From an uncultured bacterium (GTDB lineage Bacteria; Patescibacteriota; Minisyncoccia; UBA6257; GWB1-50-10): DNA of 64,000 nucleotides. The stretch spans positions 378,252 through 442,251 of the forward strand of contig OY970216.1 in the NCBI GenBank assembly GCA_963713955.1, written 5' to 3'. The notes beneath the pieces were generated by a model, which worked only from the letters and a program-made list of their open reading frames with translations, made no database searches and was not told the origin of the DNA. Positions 9,054 to 18,793 of this stretch are shown here, one piece after another (positions within the stretch are counted from its first letter, which is position 1; each line of letters starts with the position of its first letter). A program made the position numbers and the translations under genes.

Positions 9054-10355
9054 ATGATGAGAGGGAAAATAAAAAACTTCGAGAAGCTGAGTGTGACGTT
9101 TGCGAGAAAACTCGCCTTGGAGATCGCCGAAACGGGGCTTCGGGCGATCGATACAGAAAAGTCCATTCAATCGCGAGTATCCTTGAGAGATAACGTCCTG
9201 AAAATAGACAGTGAGTCGTTCGACACTGGAGGCTTCCAGAGGATATTCGTTGTCGGCGTCGGGAAGTGCGCGCTTGAGGCGGGGAGAGCTCTCGAAGAAG
9301 TGCTTGGGGAAAGATTGGAAGGAGGGATCGTTCTCGACGTTCACAAGGGAAATTTGAACAAAATCAAGGCATACTCCGGCACGCATCCGTTCCCGACCGA
9401 AGTGAACGTCGACGTGACGAGCGAGATCATTCGCCTCCTTTCGTCTCTCACAGAAAGAGATTTCGTCATTTTCGTGATCTCCGGCGGCGGTTCAACGCTT
9501 CTCTGCCAGCCCAAAAATATGGTTTGCACAGAAGAGGCGGAAATATTGAAAACTCTCTTCGAAAAGGGAGCGACGATCCAGGAGATCAATACTATAAGAA
9601 AACATCTGTCGCTGGCCCGCGGCGGGCATCTGGCTCAATACGCGTATCCGGCGTCTTCGGTTGCCCTGATCTTCTCGGACGTTCCGGGAGATAATCCGGA
9701 ATTCATCGCCTCGGGCCCAACGGTGAAGGACGTGACGACGGTAGATGAAGCGAGAGCGATCATCGGTAAGTACGACCTTGAGAAAAGCACGGGTTTGAAA
9801 ATAGAGCCCTTGAAGACGCCGAAGGACGACAAATATTTCGAGAAGGTAAAGAATATTCTCTTTATTTCCAACGAAACCGCGCTTTCCGCCATGAAAATCG
9901 ACGCCGAGTCGCGGGGATTCCGGGTTAAGGTAGTGACGAGGGTTTTAAGCGGCGAAGCCAGGGATGTCGGAAAAAGGATCGCGGTTGATGTCATGGGATC
10001 GCCTGACAAAACGATTCGTCTTTACGGCGGCGAAACGACGGTGACCATAAAAAAGAAGGGGAGAGGCGGCCGTAACCAGGAGCTTATTTTGGGAGCTCTC
10101 GGGGAAATACGGGAAGAGACGCTCATCGTCTCTTTCGATTCCGACGGCCACGATAACGAGGGAGGATACGCGGGAGCTCTTTGTGATATAATGACAAGAG
10201 AGAAAGCCGAAAAGCTCGGTTTGAATCCTGAAAATTTTTTGGAGGAGAACGATTCGACGGAGTTTTTCGAAAAAGTCGGAGATTATTTGGAAATGGGAGA
10301 TACGGGATCGAACGTGTCGGATCTCATAATTGCCCTGAAGAGCAATGAGAATTAG
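9054..10355 (+). CDS. glycerate 2-kinase (MOFRL family)
   Basis: GVGKCA, ISGGGSTLL and SDVPGDNPEFIASGPT motifs of DUF4147/MOFRL glycerate kinases. Confidence 0.7.
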   Translation: MMRGKIKNFEKLSVTFARKLALEIAETGLRAIDTEKSIQSRVSLRDNVLKIDSESFDTGGFQRIFVVGVGKCALEAGRALEEVLGERLEGGIVLDVHKGNLNKIKAYSGTHPFPTEVNVDVTSEIIRLLSSLTERDFVIFVISGGGSTLLCQPKNMVCTEEAEILKTLFEKGATIQEINTIRKHLSLARGGHLAQYAYPASSVALIFSDVPGDNPEFIASGPTVKDVTTVDEARAIIGKYDLEKSTGLKIEPLKTPKDDKYFEKVKNILFISNETALSAMKIDAESRGFRVKVVTRVLSGEARDVGKRIAVDVMGSPDKTIRLYGGETTVTIKKKGRGGRNQELILGALGEIREETLIVSFDSDGHDNEGGYAGALCDIMTREKAEKLGLNPENFLEENDSTEFFEKVGDYLEMGDTGSNVSDLIIALKSNEN

Positions 10356-10387
10356 CGAGTGTTTCAAACATTAAACCACTCAAAATT

Positions 10388-12790
10388 ATGCCAATAAAAT
10401 CAAAAAAGTTCATTCTCTGGTACAAAGACATAACGATCAAGGATGTCCCTCTGGTCGGTGGCAAGAATGCCTCCCTCGGGGAAATGATCAAATACTTGGA
10501 GCCGCAGGGCGTGCGGGTTCCGAACGGATTCGTCGTAACGGCAGCGGCATACCGCTATTTCCTGAAAAAGACCGGGTTGGATAAGTTCATTCGGAAGACG
10601 CTTAAAGGCCTCGATACCAAGAATTTGAAAGACCTTGCGAAGCGTGGCGAAGAGGTGCGAGACGCGATCAAAAGCGCCAAGATGCCGTATGATTTGAAGC
10701 AGGCGATAACGCGGAACTACGTGCAGATGGAGAAGCGGTACGGCAGGAACACGGACGTGGCAGTCCGCTCTTCGGCGACGGCGGAAGATCTGCCGGGCGC
10801 GAGTTTCGCCGGCGAACACGAAACATACCTCAATATCCGGGGTGCCGACGAACTCCTTAAAGCAGTCCAGATTGATTTCGCGTCCCTCTTTACCGACCGG
10901 GCCATTTCGTACCGGGCCGACCGGGGATTTGACCACATGAAAGTGGCTCTTTCGGCCGGCGTAGAGAAAATGGTTCGCTCCGATCTCGGGTGTTCCGGCG
11001 TCATGTTCACCGTCGATACCGAGTCCGGTTTCAAGGATGTGGTTTTGATAAACGGCTCGTGGGGCTTGGGAGAGATGATCGTGCAGGGGGAAGTTACCCC
11101 CGACGAGTACTTGGTGTTCAAGCCGTCGCTCGCGCTCGGCAAGAAAGCGATCATAGACAAGAAACTCGGCGTCAAAAACCGGAAGATGATCTACTCGATC
11201 GGGCGGGGCATCAAGACGACAAAAATCGTCCTGACGAGCGACCGGGAGAAGAATTCATTCGTCCTTTCTGAAAAGGAAGTTCTGGAACTCGCGCGGTGGG
11301 GAGTTTTGATAGAAAAGCATTATTCGAAAAGAAGCGGCAAGTGGACGCCGATGGACATGGAATGGGCGAAAGACGGCAGGAGCGGCGAGCTTTACATCGT
11401 CCAATCGCGCCCGGAGACGGTCCAGGCGAGCCGCGATTTCTCGAAGATCAAGGAATACGAACGGATCGGAAGCGGTAGAGTACTGACTAAAGGATCTTCG
11501 GTCGGCTCGAAGATCGCGGTGGGCATTGCGCGGATCATTTTGAACGCGAAAAACATCGGGAGTTTCAAGGCGGGTGAAGTCCTCGTGACCGACATGACCG
11601 ACCCGGATTGGGAACCGATCATGAAAATCGCGTCGGCGATCGTCACAAACAAGGGCGGGAGAACGAGCCACGCCGCGATCGTTTCAAGGGAACTTGGCAT
11701 TCCCTGCGTCGTGGGAACCGAGAACGCGACACGTGTCATAAAAACCGGCGACGCGCTTACCGTCGATACGACTGGCACTGAAGGACTGGTCTTCAACGGC
11801 AACTTGAAGTTTAAGATTGAGGAACGCGATGTGCGGAAACTCCCCAAGCCGAAAGTGAAGATTATGGTCAATATCGCAACACCTGATTCGGCATTCGAGA
11901 AATCGTTCCTGCCGACCCAAGGTGTCGGACTCGCCCGGGAGGAATTCATCATCGCAGGCGACATCGGCGTTCATCCGATGGCGCTCATCGAATACGATAC
12001 AATTTCCAAAAAGAACAAGAAATTGGCGAAGGCGATCGATGGAAAGACGAAAGGCTGGAAGGACAAAAAGCAGTTCTACGTTGAGAAGCTCGCGTACGGC
12101 ATTGCGAAGATTGCTGCCGCCTTTTACCCGAAAGATGTCATCGTCCGGTTTTCCGATTTCAAAACCAATGAATACCGAGTGCTCCTGGGGGGCGAGGCGT
12201 ATGAACCGAAGGAAGAAAATCCGATGATCGGGTGGCGCGGAGCGTCGCGCTACTACCATCCCGCCTTCGCACCGGCATTTGCACTCGAGGTGAAGGCGAT
12301 AAAGAAAGTGCGCGACGAGATGGGGCTCACGAACGTGGTGCCGATGATCCCGTTCTGTCGGACCGCTGAAGAGGGAGAAAAAGTGGTGGAGATAATGGCG
12401 AAGAACGGACTGAAAAGGGGCAAGGATAAAAATTTGAGGATATACGTCATGTGTGAAATACCGTCGAACGTCATTTTGGCCGATAAGTTTCTGGATGTTT
12501 TCGACGGCATGTCGATCGGCTCGAACGATTTGACGCAGCTTACCGTCGGGATCGATCGGGACGGCAACGACCGGATCCGCGGGATCACGAACGAAAACGA
12601 CGAGTCCGTGAAGACGCTCATCCGGGACATCATAGGGGTTTGTAAAAAGAGAGGCAAATACATCGGCATCTGCGGTCAGGCGCCGTCGGATTATCCGGAG
12701 TTCGCTGCCTTCCTGATGAAAGAGGGAATCGAGAGCATTTCCCTGAATCCCGACACCGTGATCAAGACGATTTTGAAGATCAGCAGATGA
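10388..12790 (+). CDS. ppsA: phosphoenolpyruvate synthase (pyruvate, water dikinase)
   Basis: 800 aa. GGKNASLGEM ATP-grasp start, GGRTSHAAIVSRELGIPCVVG phosphohistidine domain, and a NDLTQL PEP-utilizer C-terminus. Confidence 0.9.
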   Translation: MPIKSKKFILWYKDITIKDVPLVGGKNASLGEMIKYLEPQGVRVPNGFVVTAAAYRYFLKKTGLDKFIRKTLKGLDTKNLKDLAKRGEEVRDAIKSAKMPYDLKQAITRNYVQMEKRYGRNTDVAVRSSATAEDLPGASFAGEHETYLNIRGADELLKAVQIDFASLFTDRAISYRADRGFDHMKVALSAGVEKMVRSDLGCSGVMFTVDTESGFKDVVLINGSWGLGEMIVQGEVTPDEYLVFKPSLALGKKAIIDKKLGVKNRKMIYSIGRGIKTTKIVLTSDREKNSFVLSEKEVLELARWGVLIEKHYSKRSGKWTPMDMEWAKDGRSGELYIVQSRPETVQASRDFSKIKEYERIGSGRVLTKGSSVGSKIAVGIARIILNAKNIGSFKAGEVLVTDMTDPDWEPIMKIASAIVTNKGGRTSHAAIVSRELGIPCVVGTENATRVIKTGDALTVDTTGTEGLVFNGNLKFKIEERDVRKLPKPKVKIMVNIATPDSAFEKSFLPTQGVGLAREEFIIAGDIGVHPMALIEYDTISKKNKKLAKAIDGKTKGWKDKKQFYVEKLAYGIAKIAAAFYPKDVIVRFSDFKTNEYRVLLGGEAYEPKEENPMIGWRGASRYYHPAFAPAFALEVKAIKKVRDEMGLTNVVPMIPFCRTAEEGEKVVEIMAKNGLKRGKDKNLRIYVMCEIPSNVILADKFLDVFDGMSIGSNDLTQLTVGIDRDGNDRIRGITNENDESVKTLIRDIIGVCKKRGKYIGICGQAPSDYPEFAAFLMKEGIESISLNPDTVIKTILKISR

Positions 12791-13332
12791 TCGTAAGGAA
12801 AGTGACGCAAGTTGGAGACCCGTCGATCCGACGGAAATCGAAGCCGGTCAGAAACTTGTTTTCGAAAGAAACAAGGAAAATAATCAGAGACTTAATTGAT
12901 TCAATGCCCGCCTATAATCTGATAGGCATGGCGGCGCCGCAGATAGGCAAGAATTCGAGAATTTTCGCCGTCGGAATAAGAAAGACAAAATACAGAACTC
13001 CCGAGGAAATGAGCGGATTGAGAATTTTCATAAATCCCAAAATAACCAGACTTTCCCGGAAAAAGATTTATATCTGGGAGGGATGCGGCAGCGTCGGTAA
13101 TTCCGGTGTTTTCGCGAGAGTCAGAAGGCCCGAAAGCTTGACGGTCACGGCTTTTGATGAAAAGGGCCGGAGGTTCAAGCTGAATGCCGGGGGATTGCTT
13201 TCCAGAGTCATACAGCATGAATTTGATCATCTGGAGGGCAGGATATTTTTGGATGGGGATTTTGATAAAAAGAGTTTGATGAGCAAAGATGAGTACTATT
13301 CGATGGTTATAAAATCAAGGCGTGACCGTTGA
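12787..13332 (+). CDS. def: peptide deformylase
   Basis: GMAAPQIG, EGCGSV and QHEFDHLEG, the three Def motifs. Confidence 0.85.
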   Translation: MIVRKVTQVGDPSIRRKSKPVRNLFSKETRKIIRDLIDSMPAYNLIGMAAPQIGKNSRIFAVGIRKTKYRTPEEMSGLRIFINPKITRLSRKKIYIWEGCGSVGNSGVFARVRRPESLTVTAFDEKGRRFKLNAGGLLSRVIQHEFDHLEGRIFLDGDFDKKSLMSKDEYYSMVIKSRRDR

Positions 13333-13342
13333 GGAGTAATAC

Positions 13343-15244
13343 ATGGCGAAGGAGACAACCGATAGGAAAGACAACTTAAGGTTGAGCATCGTCTTCAACG
13401 AAGCGCTGATCATCGTTTTTGTTTTGGCGCTTGTTTCGACGTGGGCTCGCCTCTTGTCAACCGTGGTGGGGAACGATATTCTAATCATCGTTTCGGTCAT
13501 CGGCGTCGTGCCCGTCGCGTGGAGTGCCGCGAAAGCGATCCGGAGGAAAAAAATAACCATAGATCTCTTGGCCTCGATCGCGCTCGCCTTCACGTTCATA
13601 AAAGGGGAGTGGCTGTCGGCTGCTTTCATCAACCTCATGCTCGCTTCGGCCCGGCTCTTCGACAAATTCACGGAAACTCGGACTCGACACGTCATTGAGC
13701 GCCTCATGAAGCTCCGGCCCGAGCGGGTGAAGGTAAAAATCGGCGACAAGTTCGAGGAAGTTCATATAGACAAAGTGAAGGTAGGCGATCTCGTGGTCAT
13801 CGAGTCCGGCGAGCGGGTTCCGGTCGACGGCGTGGTGATCCAGGGGCAGGCGAGCATCGATCAGTCGACCTTGACCGGCGAGAGCGAACACATAACCAAG
13901 AAAGAAGGCGATAAGGTTTACAGCTCGACTCTGAACGATTCCGGATCGCTCGTCGTGAGAGCCGAGAAAGTCGGGGCTGACACTACGCTCTCGAAAATCG
14001 TTTCCCTGGTCGACGAAGCGTCGAGGGCTAAAACGAACATCGAAAGGATAGCCGACCGGTTCAGTTCCTGGTATGTGTTTTTGACGCTCGTCGGATCGGG
14101 CGTCATTTATTTTTTCTCGCGCGATTTGAACGTGGTTTTGAGCGTCCTTTTGGTCACCTGCGCCGACGACATCGCCGTTGCGGTGCCTCTGGGGTTCACG
14201 ATAGCCATAGCCAAAGCCGGCCGCGAAGGAATCGTAGTCAAAGGTGCCGCCATATTTGAGAGGATCAAGAAACTCAAAACATTTGTCACTGACAAGACGG
14301 GTACGCTCACGAAAGGCCTCGCGAAAGTCGTCACGCCGTTCCGTTTCGGAGATATGTCCGAGGAAGAATTCTTGAAAATCGTCGGTACCTGCCAGATGAA
14401 TTCTCGGCATCCGGTGAGTTTGGCGATGCTCAGGTTTTTGAGCGAGAAGAAGATTTCTTATCCGGCGCCCGATGAGTTCAATGAAACGCCGGGAGACGGA
14501 ATCGCCGTGAAAAGAAACGGGAGGCAATTCGTCGCCGGGAAGCTGTCCTTTTTGGAAACCATGGGAATTCGCGCGACCGGTGAGCAGAAGAAAAAGATCA
14601 ATGAGTTTGAGGATAAAGGGTACAGCCTGACTGCCGTCGGATCGGAAGGAAAGCTTTTAGGTCTTATGGTCTTGGAGGACGAGGTGCGGCCGCTCGCGAG
14701 ATTGAGTGTTGCGGAAACGAGGAGACTCGGCGCCGAGCGCTGGATCATGCTCACGGGTGACAACGAGAAGGTGGCGAAAAAAGTCTCGGATGAAGTCGGC
14801 TTGGACGAATACCACGCCGATTTGAAGCCGGAGGACAAACTGGATTTGATAAAAAGCTTCAAAAAGAAATATCAAGGCGATCTTGCGATGATGGGAGACG
14901 GCGTGAATGACGCGGCCGCCTTGGCCCTGGCGGATGTTTCGATCGCCATGGGTGCGATTGGGTCGGACGCGGCGATCGAAGCTGCAGACATCGCCTTGAT
15001 GCACGACAGCGTAAAAAAGATCCCGGAACTCATGCTCTTGAGCAGTAAATCGATGAAAATTATTAACAACAACTTCTGGATCTGGGGGGTTACAAACGCT
15101 CTCGGTTTGATTCTCGTCTTCGGCGGCATTTTGGGTCCTACTGGCGCTGCGGCGTACAACTTCGTGACTGATTTCTTTCCCGTCATGAACGTTTTCGAGA
15201 TATATTTCCTCAACATTAAGCTCAAAGAAAAGATGTTACAATAA
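13343..15244 (+). CDS. P-type cation-transporting ATPase
   Basis: DKTGTLT phosphorylation site and GDGVNDAAALA hinge, with multiple TMs. There is no CPC motif, so specificity is unclear. Confidence 0.8.
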   Translation: MAKETTDRKDNLRLSIVFNEALIIVFVLALVSTWARLLSTVVGNDILIIVSVIGVVPVAWSAAKAIRRKKITIDLLASIALAFTFIKGEWLSAAFINLMLASARLFDKFTETRTRHVIERLMKLRPERVKVKIGDKFEEVHIDKVKVGDLVVIESGERVPVDGVVIQGQASIDQSTLTGESEHITKKEGDKVYSSTLNDSGSLVVRAEKVGADTTLSKIVSLVDEASRAKTNIERIADRFSSWYVFLTLVGSGVIYFFSRDLNVVLSVLLVTCADDIAVAVPLGFTIAIAKAGREGIVVKGAAIFERIKKLKTFVTDKTGTLTKGLAKVVTPFRFGDMSEEEFLKIVGTCQMNSRHPVSLAMLRFLSEKKISYPAPDEFNETPGDGIAVKRNGRQFVAGKLSFLETMGIRATGEQKKKINEFEDKGYSLTAVGSEGKLLGLMVLEDEVRPLARLSVAETRRLGAERWIMLTGDNEKVAKKVSDEVGLDEYHADLKPEDKLDLIKSFKKKYQGDLAMMGDGVNDAAALALADVSIAMGAIGSDAAIEAADIALMHDSVKKIPELMLLSSKSMKIINNNFWIWGVTNALGLILVFGGILGPTGAAAYNFVTDFFPVMNVFEIYFLNIKLKEKMLQ

Positions 15245-15248
15245 AATT

Positions 15249-16430
15249 ATGTCTCGCTTTTCCTTCACCCTCATCGAGCTCCTGGTCGTGATCGCGATCT
15301 TAGCCGTCCTTGCAACCGCCGTCGTCTTGGTCTTGAATCCCGCCCAGCTCTTAGCTCAAGGAAGAGATTCAACCAGGCTCTCTGATCTTTCAGCCCTGAA
15401 TAGTGCCTTATCCCTCTTCCAAGCAGATCAATATACCCAGTCCTTAGGGACTCCGAATACCCTCTACGTATCAGTCCCCGATACCACATCCACCTGTGCC
15501 AATCTGGGACTGTCTTCTCCTCCTATAGGATGGGCCTATCACTGTGTTCCTGCCTCTTCTTCCACCAAGGTAGACGGAACAGGCTGGATTCCCGTGAATC
15601 TCACCCTTATTTCATCAGGATCCCCTTTATCCAAGCTCCCCATAGATCCGACTAACACTTCGTCCTCGAACCTCTACTATGCCTATGTGATGAGCGGAAC
15701 AAATTACCAGTTAACTGCTCACATGGAGTCTCAGAAATATGTCTCCCAGGAAGCTGCTTCCGGAGGAGCCGATCTTGCGATGTACAAGATTGGTTCCAAC
15801 ATTAACATCGCTCCCTTCGTGGGAGGGCTCGTGGGATACTGGTCTTTTGACGAGGGAGGGGGAGCAACCACAACCCTGGATCAATCGGGTTTCGGATCGA
15901 ATGGCTCGTGGTCAGGAACTCAAACGGGGGGGTCCTACTATATAGCGGGTAAGATAGGATTCGCTGGGAATTTCAACGGGAGTGATGACAAGGTTACTGT
16001 TTCGGGAGTTGACCCACTCCTTAACGGATCTCAAGGAACTATTATGGCGTGGGCATATCCTAGCGCCAGTAGTAATGGAAACAACATTTTCGAATCGGTT
16101 GGTCCATCCAGTAACAGATTCTATTTGTCGTATGGTTCTACTTTTCAAGTGTATAGAGGTAACCCCTACACGCAAATAGTGTTAGGTGTTGGGGCACTGA
16201 ACACGTGGTATCATATAGCGCTTTCATGGAACGCGACAACTATGTACGGATATTTCAACGGGAACCTCGTGAACTCGGCAGGTTATACCAATACAAGTAG
16301 TTCGGGAGGGGGCTCCACAATCGGGTCCCAATCACCAGCTTATTTTGCTGGCGAGATTGATGATGTTAGGGTGTACAACCGCGCCCTCTCCGCCGCCGAG
16401 ATAGCCGCGATTTATAATGCACAGAAATAG
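15249..16430 (+). CDS. type IV pilin-like protein fused to LamG/concanavalin-A-like lectin domain (paralog 1)
   Basis: Class-III signal FTLIELLVVIAILAVLA with Glu+5. C-terminal IDDVRVYNRALSAAEI LamG signature. The 5' ~400 bp is near-identical to paralogs at 39290 and 46852. Confidence 0.7.
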   Translation: MSRFSFTLIELLVVIAILAVLATAVVLVLNPAQLLAQGRDSTRLSDLSALNSALSLFQADQYTQSLGTPNTLYVSVPDTTSTCANLGLSSPPIGWAYHCVPASSSTKVDGTGWIPVNLTLISSGSPLSKLPIDPTNTSSSNLYYAYVMSGTNYQLTAHMESQKYVSQEAASGGADLAMYKIGSNINIAPFVGGLVGYWSFDEGGGATTTLDQSGFGSNGSWSGTQTGGSYYIAGKIGFAGNFNGSDDKVTVSGVDPLLNGSQGTIMAWAYPSASSNGNNIFESVGPSSNRFYLSYGSTFQVYRGNPYTQIVLGVGALNTWYHIALSWNATTMYGYFNGNLVNSAGYTNTSSSGGGSTIGSQSPAYFAGEIDDVRVYNRALSAAEIAAIYNAQK

Positions 16431-16475
16431 AAGATAAAACCCCGCTGAAGCGAGGAAAAGATTATAATATTTCTT

Positions 16476-16931
16476 ATGTTTATGAGTATTTTGCAGAAAA
16501 AAGCTTTTCTGATTTTGCGGATCCTCTTGGGATGGGTATTCCTCTATGCCGGACTTTCGAAAATTTTCACCGCTGATTGGTCGGCGGCGGGATTCTTGCA
16601 CAGCGCGAAAACGTTTCTCGCGTTCTACAGCTGGCTTACAACTCCCGGCATTCTTCCGATTGTAAATTTCTTGAATGAATGGGGACTTACGCTCCTCGGC
16701 ATTTCCTTGATCCTCGGAATTTTCGTGCGTTGGAGTTCGATCGCAGGGATCATTCTCATGATTCTCTACTATTTTGCCGTTAATCAGTTCCCGTCGGTCG
16801 CGAGCGGTTTTCTTGTCGACGAACACGTGATCTATGCCGCGGGACTCTTATTGACGTATGCCTGGAATGCGGGGAGGATATGGGGATTAGACGAGGTAAT
16901 GGACAAAAAGGGTATGGGGGATGGGGATTAG
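16476..16931 (+). CDS. DoxX-family membrane protein
   Basis: 4-TM protein of 151 aa with a LLRILLGWVFLYAGLSK DoxX-like start. Confidence 0.55.
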   Translation: MFMSILQKKAFLILRILLGWVFLYAGLSKIFTADWSAAGFLHSAKTFLAFYSWLTTPGILPIVNFLNEWGLTLLGISLILGIFVRWSSIAGIILMILYYFAVNQFPSVASGFLVDEHVIYAAGLLLTYAWNAGRIWGLDEVMDKKGMGDGD

Positions 16932-16993
16932 GGTATAGAGCATAAAAAAACAAAACCTTGCAGCACAAAATGCCTTGGTTTAAGATTTAATTA

Positions 16994-18793
16994 ATGACGT
17001 CGAACGAAATCAGGGAAAAATTCCTCCAGTTCTTCAAGGAACGGGGACATACGGTGGTGCCTTCATCTTCGCTCATCCCCGATGATCCGTCGGTTCTCCT
17101 CACGACCGCCGGCATGCAGCAATTCAAGCCGTACTATTCGGAGCTTGACCCGATAACGACGACGCACCCCTCGATCGAGAGGCCGGTCGGGAAAAGCGCT
17201 GCCTCGATCCAGAAATCGTTCCGGACGTCGGATATCGACGAAGTGGGGGATGAAAGTCATCTCACGTTTTTCGAGATGCTCGGCAACTTCAGCTTCGGCG
17301 GATATTTCAAGGGAGAAGCCATCAAGTACGGCCATGAGTTCATCACTGGCAAGGATTGGATGGATCTCGATATCGACTTCGTGACTGTTTTCGATCCGGA
17401 GAAAGTGCCGGCGGACGACTGGCGGAAGGGTGTTCCGTTCGACAATGAATCATACGAGATTTGGAAGAAAATCGGTTTGCCGGAAGAGAAGATACGGCGT
17501 GACGGCGTGGACGTTTTTTGGGGGCCGACCGGAAACGAGGGCCCCTGCGGTCCGACGACGGAGATCTACGTCAAAAACGCCGCGGACATGCCGGTTGAAA
17601 TATGGAACATCGTCTTCAACGAATTTTACCGAGATAAGAACATGCGCCTTACCCCCTTGAAGACGCCGGGCGTGGATACGGGTATGGGTTTGGAGCGCCT
17701 CGCGATGGTTTCGCAGAAAGTTTCGAGCATTTTCGAAACGGATCTTTTCATTCCGCTCATCCAGGTTTTGGAACTGAACGACCGGGGGAACAAACTGAAC
17801 CAGAAGACGAAAAGGATCATGGCCGATCACGCGCGGGGCATCTCGTTCTTGATCGCCGACGGCGTCCGCCCCTCCAATAAAGAAGCCGGCTACGTTTTGC
17901 GACGCCTCTGCCGACGCTTCATCGTCAACGAGTATTTGAACGAGGGAGCGGAGCCGTATTTCGAAAGGTTGCTCCATGTCGTCATCGAGAACTACGGCCG
18001 GTTTTACGGCGAGCTCGATTACGATCTTGTCGATACGGTGTTCAACGAGGAAAAAACGAGGTTCATGAAGACGATAGAGAACGGCCTCCGGGAACTCGGG
18101 TCGATCGAGAAACTCGATGCGGCGTCGGCCTTCAAGCTATTTGAAAGCTTCGGGTTGCCGTATGAAGTCATCAAGGAACTGGGAGGAGAAAAAGCAAAAG
18201 CGCTCACGCGGGAGGGCTTTGAGGGAGAATTCGAGAAACACCGGGAAATATCACGCGCCGGCGTCGAGAAAAAATTCGGCGGCCACGGGCTCTTGCTCGA
18301 CACCGGCGAGCTCAAGGCCGGGAACGAAGAAGAACTCGCGAGGGTGATTCGGCTCCACACGGCGACGCACCTCATGCACCAGGCGCTCCGGGAAGTTCTG
18401 GGGAACAGTGTCCACCAGATGGGGTCGGACATAACGCCGGAACGGACGCGATTTGATTTTTCTTTCGAGAGGAAACTCAAGCCGGAAGAGATACGGAGGA
18501 TCGAGGAAAAGGTTAATGCGATTATCAAAGCCGATTATGACGTGAAATTCCAAGAAATGCCGAGGAGCGAGGCTGAAAAAACCGGCGCGCTCCATTTCTT
18601 CAAGGCGAAATATCCCGAACGGGTGAAGGTTTATTACGTAACGCCGAGGGGGAAAGGAATTCCTGAGGCGTGGAGCAAGGAATTCTGCGGCGGACCGCAT
18701 GTAACCCACACGGGAGAAATAGGCAAGTTGAGAGTGGTTAAAGAAGAAAGCGTGGCGGCGGGCGTGCGGAGAATAAGGGCCGTGGTCGATTGA
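16994..18793 (+). CDS. alaS: alanyl-tRNA synthetase (short form lacking C-Ala domain)
   Basis: N-terminal EIREKFLQFFKERGH...LLTTAGMQQFKPYY, HTATHLMHQALR and CGGPHV editing motifs. 599 aa. Confidence 0.8.
   Translation: MTSNEIREKFLQFFKERGHTVVPSSSLIPDDPSVLLTTAGMQQFKPYYSELDPITTTHPSIERPVGKSAASIQKSFRTSDIDEVGDESHLTFFEMLGNFSFGGYFKGEAIKYGHEFITGKDWMDLDIDFVTVFDPEKVPADDWRKGVPFDNESYEIWKKIGLPEEKIRRDGVDVFWGPTGNEGPCGPTTEIYVKNAADMPVEIWNIVFNEFYRDKNMRLTPLKTPGVDTGMGLERLAMVSQKVSSIFETDLFIPLIQVLELNDRGNKLNQKTKRIMADHARGISFLIADGVRPSNKEAGYVLRRLCRRFIVNEYLNEGAEPYFERLLHVVIENYGRFYGELDYDLVDTVFNEEKTRFMKTIENGLRELGSIEKLDAASAFKLFESFGLPYEVIKELGGEKAKALTREGFEGEFEKHREISRAGVEKKFGGHGLLLDTGELKAGNEEELARVIRLHTATHLMHQALREVLGNSVHQMGSDITPERTRFDFSFERKLKPEEIRRIEEKVNAIIKADYDVKFQEMPRSEAEKTGALHFFKAKYPERVKVYYVTPRGKGIPEAWSKEFCGGPHVTHTGEIGKLRVVKEESVAAGVRRIRAVVD

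Noticed and set aside
13481-14527. Long antisense/alternate-frame ORFs in the track (e.g. 13481-14527, 5398-5958, 6012-6668, 11684-12259, 40836-41717, 43096-44094, 44247-45242, 52346-53524, 31322-32059, 61424-62176)
   Set aside because: Each lies entirely within a well-supported gene on the other strand or frame and has low-complexity, Arg/Pro-rich translations typical of shadow ORFs.
15249-16430. Diversity-generating retroelement acting on the LamG-pilin variable regions
   Set aside because: No reverse transcriptase and no template repeat near-identical to a variable region. The variable middles differ wholesale rather than at adenine-templated positions.
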